Positions 1 through 8,937 of a DNA stretch of 64,000 bases are shown here, one piece after another. The notes under the pieces are model-generated. The model was given only the letters and a program-made list of their open reading frames with translations, was not told where the DNA came from and searched no databases. Position 1 is the stretch's first letter, and every line of letters begins with the position of its first letter. Position numbers and translations under genes: made by a program. The DNA is from Acidimicrobiia bacterium (GTDB taxonomy: Bacteria > Actinomycetota > Acidimicrobiia > Acidimicrobiales > JANYDT01): the NCBI GenBank assembly GCA_031383405.1, contig JANMZO010000266.1, positions 262 through 64,261 of the forward strand. The letters are read 5' to 3'.

Positions 1-48
1 TTCCCCGAAATCGAGATTCTCGAGATTGAACAATTGTGGCTCGATTGA
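1..48 (+). CDS. 3' end of a DUF503 (YlxP-like) protein, partial
   Basis: Frame 1 reads FPEIEILEIEQLWLD* to TGA at 46-48. This resembles the C-terminus of B. subtilis YlxP (..FPEIERTITRTEWF), and the position just upstream of rbfA fits the infB-ylxP-rbfA order. Confidence 0.4.
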   Translation, partial: FPEIEILEIEQLWLD

Positions 49-170
49 GGTACCCACCGCTGTGGGCACGGATTCGACGCCGAAGGGCATCAGCGCTGCC
101 AACAGGGTCGGATGACTCAATTGGCTCCCGGCCATCGCATTTCCGGCTGAGGGCGTGAAAGACTGAACAG

Positions 171-617
171 ATGTCACAACGCCGTTCATCCCACGCGGGA
201 AGCAACCGGAGCTTTCCACGAACGGCCCGGATCAACGAGGCGTTGCGCGAAGTCATCGCCGAGGAACTCGAAGTAATCGGCGACGAGCGGTTGGATCTCC
301 TCACGGTAACGGGAATCACCACGGACCCCGACCTCCGTCAGGCGAACGTCTGGTATTCAACGCTGGCCGGGCACGGTGACATGAACCAGGTGAAGGCTGC
401 TCTGGCCGATCACCGGGTTCGGTTGCAAGCTGCTGTAGGACGTCAGGTCCGGATGAAGCGCACACCGTTGCTGCAGTTCACGCCGGATCCAGCAATAGAG
501 CAGGGCCAGCGTATTGAAGACATACTCCGCTCGATGCCTCGACCGAACGCCGAAGCTGAAACGGCAACAGACGCACCAGACGCTGGGCCTCCCTCCAACC
601 CCACCGATGTCTCGTGA
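171..617 (+). CDS. rbfA: ribosome-binding factor A
   Basis: 148 aa. RINEALREVIAEEL..DLLTVTGITTDPDLRQANVWYS is a typical RbfA core. The stop overlaps the next start (GTGA). Confidence 0.9.
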   Translation: MSQRRSSHAGSNRSFPRTARINEALREVIAEELEVIGDERLDLLTVTGITTDPDLRQANVWYSTLAGHGDMNQVKAALADHRVRLQAAVGRQVRMKRTPLLQFTPDPAIEQGQRIEDILRSMPRPNAEAETATDAPDAGPPSNPTDVS

Positions 618-1609
618 CGGCCGGTCGACCAGGTCTGTCGGAGGAATTCAGTCGGGCGGCGAGCGCGATCGGTAGCGTCGATCGGCTTGCGTTGGCCTGC
701 CACGTGACCCCCGACGGCGACGCTCTCGGCTCGATGCTCGGCCTGTACCACCTCGCCCACGCGGCTGGCCTGCCTACTGTTGTGTCGTGGCCGGAGCCAC
801 ACGCAACGGCGCATCGCTACCGGCATCTGCCTGGGCGCACGGTGGCCGTCCCCGCGGCCGAGTTCCCATTGGAACCCTTATGCATGCTGACCTTTGATTG
901 CGGGTCGATTGGGCGACTCAAAGAGCTGGCGCATCCGGCGGCCTTTGCGCACGATTATGGGAATCTGATTGCGATCGACCATCACGCGACGAATGACTAC
1001 TTTGGCTCGATCAACCTCATTGATGTGAACGCGGCGGCAACGGCGGTCGTGGTGCGGGAACTCGCTCGCCAATTGGGTTGGGCGCTGACGCGCGAAGCGG
1101 CATGGTGCCTCTATGTCGGGTTGGTTGCTGACACCGGCCGCTTTCAGTATGCGTCAACGAACTCCTCGGTGTTTGCGCTTGCGGAGGAACTCGCGTCGTT
1201 TGATCTGCCGGTTTCGCAGATCAGCCGGGCGCTGTCGGAGGAAAATCGGTTTGCCTACCTAAAGTTGGCGGGGAGGGCGTTCGGGCGGGCCGAACTTGAC
1301 CCGACACGAAGCTTCGTCTCAACATATGTGACGCAAGACGATCTGCGGCGTTACGGGGTGTCGTACGAGGAAACTGAAGGTCTGATCGACTGGGTCAGAA
1401 CGACGGCGGAGGCCGAGGTTGCCTGTGTCTGCAAGGAGGCCCCCGATGGCGTGCGCGTGTCGTTGCGCAGTCTGTCGAAGGTTGATGTTGGTGCGATCGC
1501 AGTTTCCTTTGGTGGGGGAGGGCATCGTCTGGCCGCCGGGTTCACGACCGAAGCGAGCGTGTCCGATGTGGTCGAGAAGGTCCGCAGTCTGCTACCGGTT
1601 GTCGAATAG
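614..1609 (+). CDS. nrnA: DHH/DHHA1 family phosphoesterase (NrnA-like oligoribonuclease/pAp phosphatase)
   Basis: DHH motif (IAIDHHATN) and DHHA1 motif (FGGGGHRLAAGF). Conserved position between rbfA and truB. Confidence 0.85.
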   Translation: MTAGRPGLSEEFSRAASAIGSVDRLALACHVTPDGDALGSMLGLYHLAHAAGLPTVVSWPEPHATAHRYRHLPGRTVAVPAAEFPLEPLCMLTFDCGSIGRLKELAHPAAFAHDYGNLIAIDHHATNDYFGSINLIDVNAAATAVVVRELARQLGWALTREAAWCLYVGLVADTGRFQYASTNSSVFALAEELASFDLPVSQISRALSEENRFAYLKLAGRAFGRAELDPTRSFVSTYVTQDDLRRYGVSYEETEGLIDWVRTTAEAEVACVCKEAPDGVRVSLRSLSKVDVGAIAVSFGGGGHRLAAGFTTEASVSDVVEKVRSLLPVVE

Positions 1610-1619
1610 GGCTTCCAAC

Positions 1620-2540
1620 TTGGGACGTAAGACGAAGGATTCAGGGGTCGATGGTTTGCTCGTCGTCGACAAGCCCGCCGGCTGGACGAGTCACGATGTG
1701 GTGGCGAAGTGCCGGTGGGCGTTCAAGCAGAAGCGTGCAGGTCACTCGGGCACGCTCGACCCCGATGCCACGGGCCTGCTGCTGATTGGCTTCGGGCGCG
1801 TAACCAAGCTGCTGCCGTATCTCACGGCCCTGCCCAAGACGTACACCTGCGAGATCGTGCTGGGTCGCGAAACGTCGACGCTCGACGACTCCGGTGAAAC
1901 TACGTGCACCTATGACATGTCGACCGTGACGCTGGCCGACGTGGAACGGGCTGCCGCGAACTTCACCGGCGACATCATGCAGGTGCCGCCTATGGTGTCG
2001 GCCCTGCAAATCGACGGTGTCCGGCTCCATGAACTGGCCCGGCGAGGTATCGAAGTCGAACGCAAGCCCCGACCGGTGACGATATATGCACTTAGCATTT
2101 CGAGGGAGATTGAGCCCGGCGTCTTTGCGATGATGGTCACCTGCTCGTCAGGAACCTACGTCCGTACTATCGCAGCTGACATCGGCACCGCACTGGGCGG
2201 CGGAGCGCACCTTCGCAACCTTCGTCGGACCTCCATCGGTTCCTTCACGGCGGACGGGGCTGTCTCCATCGACGGATCACTCGGAACCCAAACCCTGTGT
2301 ACGGCCCACCACACGATGCACGATTACCCGTCGGCGGTCGTACCCGACGAACTGGTGCCGCTCATCCGAAATGGCCGGGTGCTGCCGTTCACGGCGGTGG
2401 AACCTTCAGCGCTTCGGCGCCAGCCCGGGACTCCCGAAGTCTGGTCTGTGGTCACCGAAGCCGGCGAGCTTCTTGCGATCTATGAGCGTTTCGGGTCGAC
2501 CGACGCCAAGCCAGCGGTGATCTTGCCTACGCGTGACTGA
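1620..2540 (+). CDS. truB: tRNA pseudouridine(55) synthase
   Basis: GLLVVDKPAGWTSHDVV...HSGTLDPDATGLLLIG core. The ORF track start at 1419 overlaps nrnA. I chose in-frame TTG 1620 just after the nrnA stop, but the start is uncertain. Confidence 0.88.
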   Translation: MGRKTKDSGVDGLLVVDKPAGWTSHDVVAKCRWAFKQKRAGHSGTLDPDATGLLLIGFGRVTKLLPYLTALPKTYTCEIVLGRETSTLDDSGETTCTYDMSTVTLADVERAAANFTGDIMQVPPMVSALQIDGVRLHELARRGIEVERKPRPVTIYALSISREIEPGVFAMMVTCSSGTYVRTIAADIGTALGGGAHLRNLRRTSIGSFTADGAVSIDGSLGTQTLCTAHHTMHDYPSAVVPDELVPLIRNGRVLPFTAVEPSALRRQPGTPEVWSVVTEAGELLAIYERFGSTDAKPAVILPTRD

Positions 2541-2566
2541 ACGGCCGGTGCCGGAAGTTCACGCTC

Positions 2567-2594
2567 TGACGGGAACGGTCTGACGGGAACGGTC
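2567..2594. repeat. perfect 14-bp tandem duplication (tgacgggaacggtc x2) in the truB-ribF spacer
   Basis: Read directly from the sequence. It is followed by short hairpins (gaacgg/ccgttc, cggtc/gaccg). Confidence 0.85.
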
Positions 2595-2647
2595 TCACCG
2601 CCCGTTCGGTCACTGGACCGTTGTCAGAGTCAGTAGCGTAGGGAACC

Positions 2648-3619
2648 GTGCAGATTTTTCGTGACCTCGACCAGGTACCCCCGATACCGGGTGGTTCGGT
2701 TATCACGATTGGTGCATACGACGGTGTGCATCTCGGTCATCGCGCCGTCATCGGTGAAGTTCGACGGCGCGCGGCGGCCGTCAGTGCCACGTCGGTTGTC
2801 GTCACCTTCGACCGGCACCCGGCCCAGGTTGTCCGACCGGATTCGGCGCCGAAACTGCTCACCGATCTCGAACAGCGTTTGGAGTTGCTGGAGTCAACCG
2901 GGGTCGACGCGACCCTGGTGGTGCCTTTCGATGCCGAACGGGCAACCGAGTCAGCAGAAGAGTTTGTGCAGGAGGTCCTGGTCGACTGCCTCGGTGCGCG
3001 GGCTGTCGTGGTTGGGGAGGACTTCCATTTTGGTAAAGCGCGTCGCGGAAACGTTGCCCTGTTACGCGAACTTGGCGGGTCCGGGGGATTTACCGTTTCC
3101 GGTATCGATCTGGTTGGTGCCGATGGTCTCCCGACCGATGGGTTGAAGGTCTCGAGCACGCAGATTCGTCAGCTGCTGGGGGAGGGTGACGTGGTCGCAG
3201 CGGCGTTCTTACTCGGTCGTCAGCATGAGGTGCGGGGGCCGGTGGTGCACGGCGACGCCCGGGGCCGCACCCTGGGGTTCCCGACCGCCAACGTGGCGGT
3301 TCCGCCGGAGATCTGCCTTCCGGCCGACGGCATTTACGCCGGATGGCTTGAACGGCCAGACGGCTCGGTGCTCCCGAGCGCGATCAACCTCGGTCGTCGT
3401 CCGACGTTCTATGCGGCTCAGCCCTATTCGCTCTTGGAGGCTTTTGTCATCGACTGGTCGGGAAACCTCTACGACGAAGACGTGAAGGTGCGCTTCGTGA
3501 AGCGGCTGCGCCCGGAGCTGAAGTTCGACAGTATCGACGCCCTGGTTGCGCAGATGAACAACGATGTCGATGAGGCGAGGGCGTTACTCGGAAGTCATGA
3601 GAGTTCACGACGTCTGTGA
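2648..3619 (+). CDS. ribF: bifunctional riboflavin kinase / FMN adenylyltransferase
   Basis: 323 aa. ITIGAYDGVHLGHRAVI (adenylyltransferase) and GFPTANV...INLGRRPTF (kinase) motifs. Confidence 0.92.
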   Translation: MQIFRDLDQVPPIPGGSVITIGAYDGVHLGHRAVIGEVRRRAAAVSATSVVVTFDRHPAQVVRPDSAPKLLTDLEQRLELLESTGVDATLVVPFDAERATESAEEFVQEVLVDCLGARAVVVGEDFHFGKARRGNVALLRELGGSGGFTVSGIDLVGADGLPTDGLKVSSTQIRQLLGEGDVVAAAFLLGRQHEVRGPVVHGDARGRTLGFPTANVAVPPEICLPADGIYAGWLERPDGSVLPSAINLGRRPTFYAAQPYSLLEAFVIDWSGNLYDEDVKVRFVKRLRPELKFDSIDALVAQMNNDVDEARALLGSHESSRRL

Positions 3620-3745
3620 CCGAAATGTTCGTGCTTTGTAGTGTACTTCATGCCTTTTCTTGTTTTCCCGCGTTTTTCTTGATACTGTGATTGATGTCAG
3701 TGCATTTCAGTGTATTTGACGCAATCCACTATCAACTGAATGTAT
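3620..3745 (+). promoter_or_regulatory. AT-rich (~38% GC by hand count) spacer, candidate promoter region for the WXG100-like gene
   Basis: Sharp compositional drop relative to the flanks. Contains the tandem decamers tcagtgcatt/tcagtgtatt and a TTGACG hexamer at 3715-3720. The -10 element is not confidently assigned. Confidence 0.4.
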
Positions 3746-3757
3746 AAGGAGAATGAA

Positions 3758-4042
3758 ATGAATGCGAGAGTACTTTCGACGGATTCGGCGAAGCAATCGA
3801 TCACACGTATGCAGCAGATCATCACCAACGGGCTGGCCGAGCAGATCAAGGCGCTCGACACCGAAGGCAAGAATCTGTCGGAGCCAGAAATCTGGGACGG
3901 CACGTTGGCCGGTCAGTTCCGGGGTGAGGTGTGGCCGGCAACGCACAGGGCGCTGCTCGATGCGCAGGCAGCGCTTGAGGAGCTTCGGAACAAAATCGGC
4001 GTGATCAACCTCAACATCATGACGGCGGGCGGCAACGCGTAA
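3758..4042 (+). CDS. WXG100 (ESAT-6-like) family small protein
   Basis: About 94 aa with two predicted helices and a central W-x-G (EIWDGT). AAGGAG lies at 3746-3751, 6 nt before ATG 3758 (the ORF track start 3740 is in the same frame). Confidence 0.6.
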   Translation: MNARVLSTDSAKQSITRMQQIITNGLAEQIKALDTEGKNLSEPEIWDGTLAGQFRGEVWPATHRALLDAQAALEELRNKIGVINLNIMTAGGNA

Positions 4043-4059
4043 CCGGGTGACGCAGCCGG

Positions 4060-4092
4060 GGCAGCGGCATAACGGTCACCTGTGCCGCTGCC
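4060..4092. terminator. stem-loop between convergent genes (ggcagcggca / tgccgctgcc, 13-nt loop)
   Basis: Perfect 10-bp GC-rich inverted repeat read directly. No clear T-tract. Confidence 0.55.
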
Positions 4093-4107
4093 GAGCCGTC
4101 GGACGCT

Positions 4108-4950
4108 TCAGCCTTTGACGGCTCCACTCGTGAGTCCGGCCACGAACCAGCGTTGGAGCAGTACGTACGCGACGACCATGGGCGCACTGGCAATAACAAC
4201 ACCCGCAAAGAGGGCAGGGTAGTCAGTCAGGTACTCGCCCCGCAGTTGAGCCAATGTACGCGGAAGGGTCCACTTCGACTCGTCGGTCACCATCAGCAGC
4301 GGGTAATACAGATCGTTCCAATGCATTACGAAGAGGAAGATGGCGACTGCGGCAACCGACGGCATCGACAGCGGTATGGCGATTGAGCGGTACAACCTCC
4401 ACGGGCTTGCTCCGTCGACGACGCCGGCTTCAAAGAGCTCCTTCGGCAGAGTCTTCATAAACCCGGTGAGAATGAACACCGAGACCGGCAGCGTGACGGC
4501 GATGTTGATCAAAACGAGGCCGTGCAGGGAGTTGTTGAGATGAAGCTGCTTGAAGAGCGCGTACTGCTGGATGCCGTTGACCTGTGCCGGTACGGCCATA
4601 CCCAGGGTGAAGAAGCCGAAAATGAGGTTGGAACGCCAGCCGCCCAACCGCGTTACGGCAAAGGCTGTGAACGACGCAAAGAGCAGTGTGAGAGTCACGG
4701 AAAACCCAACGACGACCATGGAGTTCCGCAGCGACCGAAAAATATGTTCGCTTATGACCTCTCGGTAGCCCTTGACGTTTGCGCCGGAGCCCGGGAGGCC
4801 GAGCGGGTTGCGGAAGATCTGCGACTGCGACTTGAACGAGCCGAACACGACGATCGTGATCGGGATGATGACGATCAGCGCGTATACAGCGAGCATCGCT
4901 CTCGGCCCGAGGCGGTTCAGGAACTTGGGTTTGTTATGGTTCTGGCTCAT
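4108..4950 (-). CDS. carbohydrate ABC transporter permease (CUT1, MalG/UgpE-like)
   Basis: Multi-TM protein with the EAA-type loop (ELFEAGVVDGASPWRLYRSIAIPL). I took the start at MSQNHNKPKF (ATG 4950), which overlaps the upstream stop. The 5' part of the 380-aa track ORF is rejected. Confidence 0.85.
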   Translation of the reverse strand: MSQNHNKPKFLNRLGPRAMLAVYALIVIIPITIVVFGSFKSQSQIFRNPLGLPGSGANVKGYREVISEHIFRSLRNSMVVVGFSVTLTLLFASFTAFAVTRLGGWRSNLIFGFFTLGMAVPAQVNGIQQYALFKQLHLNNSLHGLVLINIAVTLPVSVFILTGFMKTLPKELFEAGVVDGASPWRLYRSIAIPLSMPSVAAVAIFLFVMHWNDLYYPLLMVTDESKWTLPRTLAQLRGEYLTDYPALFAGVVIASAPMVVAYVLLQRWFVAGLTSGAVKG

Positions 4951-5864
4951 GCTGCGGTCGCGCTCACATCGGATTTGGTCAGTCGGAGAATTCGGCGCTG
5001 AGCGAAGGTGATCGCCGCGATCAGCGCCATGAAGAGCACAGACTCCGTGGCTGCCTCGCCGTACTGCTGGGCTTCGAAGGCGGTACGGTAGATGTGGTAG
5101 CCCAGTACCCGGGTGGAGTTCAACGGGCCGCCCTCGGTGATGATGTAGACGAGGTCGAAGACCCGGAACGACTGGAGGGTGGTGTAAGCGACGACGATGC
5201 CCGTGGCGGGTCCGAGTAGCGGCCACGTCACCGATCTGAATTTTTGCCACCGTGAAGCACCGTCGATCTCAGCGGCTTCGAGGTAGTCCTTGGGAATCTG
5301 CTGCAGGCCGGCGACGAATACCACCATCATCTGACCGGCATGAAACCAGACCTGTACGACGGCGAGAAAGAAAATCGCTGTTTGCGGACTGCCCAGTAGG
5401 GCCGGTCGGTACGCGATCCCGAGCTTGTCGAGGACGGTGGTGATGAGGCCGGAACTCGGGTCGTAGACGAACTGCCAGATGAAGGCGACCGCACTCGACG
5501 CGAGGATCGTCGGGAAGAACAACAACGCGCGCATCGCGATGGTGCTGCGGTTGTTGCGAAGAAGAAAGAGTGAATACACCAGCGCGATCGCGGTTTGGGC
5601 GAGCACCACGATGATCATGAACTTCAAGCTCACCCAGACGCTGTTATGGAACGTCGTGTCGTGAAACAGCTTCGTCTTGTAGTTCTCGATCCCGACATAG
5701 CCCGGCGACGTACCCGGGCCCTCCCAATTGAAGAACGAGTAGTACAGCGCCTGAACGGTCGGAAAGGCGAAGAACAGTCCGTAGAGAACAAGCGCCGGGA
5801 GGGCAAAAAAATAGAGCGGTCGCCGCGGTGACAAATGGCGGGATCTGGTGGTCGTGGCGGTCAT
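4947..5864 (-). CDS. carbohydrate ABC transporter permease (CUT1, MalF/UgpA-like)
   Basis: 305 aa, multi-TM, with the EAA loop (YLEAAEIDGASRWQKFRSVTWPLL). Confidence 0.85.
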   Translation of the reverse strand: MTATTTRSRHLSPRRPLYFFALPALVLYGLFFAFPTVQALYYSFFNWEGPGTSPGYVGIENYKTKLFHDTTFHNSVWVSLKFMIIVVLAQTAIALVYSLFLLRNNRSTIAMRALLFFPTILASSAVAFIWQFVYDPSSGLITTVLDKLGIAYRPALLGSPQTAIFFLAVVQVWFHAGQMMVVFVAGLQQIPKDYLEAAEIDGASRWQKFRSVTWPLLGPATGIVVAYTTLQSFRVFDLVYIITEGGPLNSTRVLGYHIYRTAFEAQQYGEAATESVLFMALIAAITFAQRRILRLTKSDVSATAA

Positions 5865-5892
5865 GCGAACCCTGTCGTGAGTGCAACCGTGA

Positions 5893-5995
5893 GATGGAAC
5901 TGCGATGTTGGAACTGCAATGCCGAACCGCTGGAACTGCTTGAACTGCAATGCCGAACGTGCCGACGTGCGATGCCGAACGTGCCGTTGGAAATG
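5893..5995. repeat. degenerate short repeats (ggaactgc / aatgccgaac units) in the SBP-permease intercistronic spacer
   Basis: ggaactgc occurs 3 times plus one gaactgc copy. gaactgcaatgccgaac occurs twice and (a/g)atgccgaac three times within ~100 bp. Read directly. Confidence 0.6.
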
Positions 5996-5998
5996 GAA

Positions 5999-6028
5999 CG
6001 AGGGGCGCTCCGGATGGAACGCCCCTCG
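5999..6028 (-). terminator. intercistronic stem-loop just 3' of the SBP gene (cgaggggcg / cgcccctcg)
   Basis: Perfect 9-bp GC stem with a 12-nt loop, 18 nt downstream of the SBP stop. This is the typical attenuator/mRNA-stabiliser position in SBP-first ABC operons. Confidence 0.55.
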
Positions 6029-6045
6029 CTCCAACAGGGTGGCCG

Positions 6046-7479
6046 TTACTTGCCGAGCTTCTGGTCGATGATCGCCTGGGCGTCGGTAGCCGCCTTCTTC
6101 GGATCCTTGCCTCCGGCGACGGCGAGGAACGCGTCTTCCACGGCGTTGCGGATGTCGAGGTTCAGGAACTGGAACCGGGGGGCAAGGAGCACCCTCTTGG
6201 TTGCCCATGAACCCGTGTCGAGGAGTTCCTTCTTGGTGTACTTCACGCCATTGACCGTCGAATGCTGCGAGGTGCCGTTGGCGTACTTTCCGGCGTTCTC
6301 GGGCTGGCTCAGCCAGTCAACGAACTTGATGGCGGCCGCCTGCTTCTTCGGGTCCTTCTGGCGGGCGTTGACTCCGACGATGAACGTCCCGTTGTAGATG
6401 CCTTCCCATTTCGGCTTCTGGCCGATCGGGGTGGTGATAGGAGCGTAGAGGTCGAAGTTGAGCTTCGGATTGAGCTTGAGGGCCGCTCCCATCGAGAACG
6501 TACCGGTTGCCAGCATGAGCGCCTTACCGTTGGCGAAGTCGGTAAGTGCACCGTTGTCGGTGACGGCGAGTGGGTTGTCGCCGAAGCAGTCTTCGGAGAT
6601 CTCCTTGAATGCCTGCAGGCTCTTTGTCATCCAGAAACTGGTGACTTTCTCTTGACCGGTGTCGATCAGCTCGAACGCGTTGTCGGTCGGCATGATGTTC
6701 ATCACGAGGCCGTTCATCGTCAACTGGGCGGCGTTTCCGCGGGCGCCGCCCGGCCAGGCGATCGGGGTGATGCCTTTGCTCTTGACGGTGAGGCAGAAAC
6801 GCTGAAGGTCATTGACCGACTGCGGAAGCGTAAGGCCGAGTTGCTTCAGAAGGTCGACGTTGACGAGCGGCATGTTGAACACGAGCTGGTAGGGCAGCCC
6901 GAGCTGCTTACCGTCGAACGATCCGGGAGGGATGAGGTCTTTGTTGTAGTTCTTCACGAACGGCTGGTTGCTCAGATCGAGCCACACGCTGCCGCCATTG
7001 GCCTTGGCCATGTTGAAGAACTGGGCGCCGCGGAAGGCGGTGAACACATCTGCGGGCTTGCCGTCGAGAATGTCCTGCAGGGCCTGTGACTGGTAGTCGC
7101 TGGAGGCCTTGATGGACTGCTCGACCTCGATGCCGGTCTTTGCGGTGAAGTCCTTGATGATGTCGGCGATCACGTCTTTGTCCTCGGCGCGCCAGTGGAA
7201 GAAGGTGATCTTGGTGCCCTTGAGATCATCGGCGGCGCCCCCGGTGTTGGATGCACCCGCTGCGGCCACCGGGGCGATGGTGGCGGCGGTGACTTCAACC
7301 TCGCGGTAGACGTACTTGCCGCCTTCCTTCTTGCAGATCAACGTGCCGACCGTTTTGTTCACCTGCTTCTTGGCGCACGCACCACCTGCTTTTGCCGTCG
7401 TAGCAGCGAACGCGACCGGTGCCGACAGTCCGGCGGTCATTACGCAAGCGGTTGCGGCCGCGAGCCAATGTCTCTTCAT
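6046..7479 (-). CDS. ABC transporter extracellular solute-binding protein (family 1, sugar type)
   Basis: 477 aa with an N-terminal signal peptide (..SAPVAFA/ATT) and an SBP_bac_1-like body. An extra ~50-aa N-terminal segment carries a Cys pair. Confidence 0.85.
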   Translation of the reverse strand: MKRHWLAAATACVMTAGLSAPVAFAATTAKAGGACAKKQVNKTVGTLICKKEGGKYVYREVEVTAATIAPVAAAGASNTGGAADDLKGTKITFFHWRAEDKDVIADIIKDFTAKTGIEVEQSIKASSDYQSQALQDILDGKPADVFTAFRGAQFFNMAKANGGSVWLDLSNQPFVKNYNKDLIPPGSFDGKQLGLPYQLVFNMPLVNVDLLKQLGLTLPQSVNDLQRFCLTVKSKGITPIAWPGGARGNAAQLTMNGLVMNIMPTDNAFELIDTGQEKVTSFWMTKSLQAFKEISEDCFGDNPLAVTDNGALTDFANGKALMLATGTFSMGAALKLNPKLNFDLYAPITTPIGQKPKWEGIYNGTFIVGVNARQKDPKKQAAAIKFVDWLSQPENAGKYANGTSQHSTVNGVKYTKKELLDTGSWATKRVLLAPRFQFLNLDIRNAVEDAFLAVAGGKDPKKAATDAQAIIDQKLGK

Positions 7480-7641
7480 GTTCTTCCCCCTGGGTGATAC
7501 GCCGGATGGCGCGAATCGAACTGCGTGGCTACGACGGGCGATGACTAGTTCAGTACCGCGTTGCTGCGAAGTGAGGCGTTATCTTTTCACATCGGGAGGA
7601 TGCGTGCATCCACGACCGGCGTCATGGCTTTGCCTGCGCAC

Positions 7642-8775
7642 CTAGCCGATTTCGAGTTCGCTGATCAGAACGGCGCGTCCTTCATCGATTGAGCGGTGGG
7701 CGGCGACGCCGACCGCCACCGACCACAGCCCCTCCTCCACGGTTACGGCCGGTGCGGTGCCGTTTCGGATCGACTTGAGGAACCCGAGATGTTCGAGGTA
7801 GCTGGCCCCGTGGTGATAGCCAACGTGACCCACGCGTTCATCGGTAGAGGCGTCGAGTTCGATGATGGTCGGCTCGCCGGGCCAACCGTCGGGTCGACCG
7901 GCACCGCGCCGTCCGATGGTCACGGTACCTTCGGTGACCTTCGACTCGACCTTTCCCCGGTCGCCGACCGCGACCAACTCCTGCTCGTTTTTCGAGGCTT
8001 CGGCGAACATGCACAGATCAAGTAGTCCGCGGGCTCCGTTCGCGTAGTCGACGATGACGAACGCGTTGTCGAGAATGTCGGGGACCTCGCCGGCCGGGTT
8101 GCCCGGATAGCGCTCATCAAGGTGGTTCACGTTCTGCCCGCCGCTGGCGTAGACCCGGACGGGCCGCGACCCCACGGCCAGGTTCATCAGATCGAAGAAG
8201 TGACAGCACTTTTCGACGAGGGTGCCTCCGGTGTTCATCGAGAAGCGGTTCCAGTCCCCGACTTTGATGAGGAACGGAAACCGGTGTTCGCGGATGGAGA
8301 TCATCTTGAGGGTGCCGATGTTCTCGGTCGTGAGCTCCCGCAGAAACTGCGCAACCGGCGGCATGTAGCGGTACTCGAGCCCCATCCAGACGATGCCGCC
8401 GTGGGTTTTGGTGTGGGCGACAATCCTCATGGCGTCTTCGATCGTCGTACACAGTGGCTTTTCGACCATGACGTGGAGGCCCGGGGCCAGGGTGAAAATC
8501 GCGTCAAGAACTGCCGCGTGGGTGAAATTGGGGGTGCAGACGACCACGGCGTCGATCAGCCCCGACGCCAACATCTCCCGGTAGTCATCGAACTCGACCG
8601 GCGCGGGTCGACCCGGGAGGGCCGCCCTGGCCGCTTCGCGCGACGGACCGTGCGGATCGGCTATCGCGGTCACGGCGGTATCTGGGATGGCCGCCAGGTT
8701 CCGGATGTGCTCGCAGCCCATGAGCCCGGTCCCGATGATGCCGTAGCGGACTGCCGTTCCTTCGTTCACGGACAC
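7642..8775 (-). CDS. Gfo/Idh/MocA family oxidoreductase
   Basis: N-terminal Rossmann motif (RYGIIGTGLMGCEH) and the EKP motif (MVEKPLC). Confidence 0.85.
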   Translation of the reverse strand: MSVNEGTAVRYGIIGTGLMGCEHIRNLAAIPDTAVTAIADPHGPSREAARAALPGRPAPVEFDDYREMLASGLIDAVVVCTPNFTHAAVLDAIFTLAPGLHVMVEKPLCTTIEDAMRIVAHTKTHGGIVWMGLEYRYMPPVAQFLRELTTENIGTLKMISIREHRFPFLIKVGDWNRFSMNTGGTLVEKCCHFFDLMNLAVGSRPVRVYASGGQNVNHLDERYPGNPAGEVPDILDNAFVIVDYANGARGLLDLCMFAEASKNEQELVAVGDRGKVESKVTEGTVTIGRRGAGRPDGWPGEPTIIELDASTDERVGHVGYHHGASYLEHLGFLKSIRNGTAPAVTVEEGLWSVAVGVAAHRSIDEGRAVLISELEIG

Positions 8776-8937
8776 ACGGTAATGCGCGTAAGCGTCATCG
8801 GGCCTTCAGGGAGCTGGAAAATCGCGAGCCGACGCAAGAGTTGCGTGGAATCCCTCGCTGGGCTCGTACACGTTGGAAACACAGGATTCACAGTGACGCA
8901 AAGCTCGGGCAACAGCCGGGCCATATCGTCCACCCCG

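Noticed and set aside
61-100. gggcacggattcgacgccgaaggg resembles the 5' end of tmRNA (GGGG...GGAUUCGAC).
   Set aside because: Only ~20 nt are similar. rbfA starts 70 nt later, so there is no room for a ~350-nt tmRNA, and no tag-peptide ORF or 3' tRNA-like end is present.
8122-8937. 5' extensions of track ORFs that overlap neighbouring genes: 8122-8937, 1419-1619, 4951-5250, 17942-18271, 26671-26868, 34221-34649, 37148-37534, 48575-49045 and 55912-56091.
   Set aside because: The extensions are antisense to, or overlap, well-supported genes and encode low-complexity Arg/Pro-rich sequence. Internal starts give family-typical N-termini, often with an SD or a 4-nt stop/start overlap.
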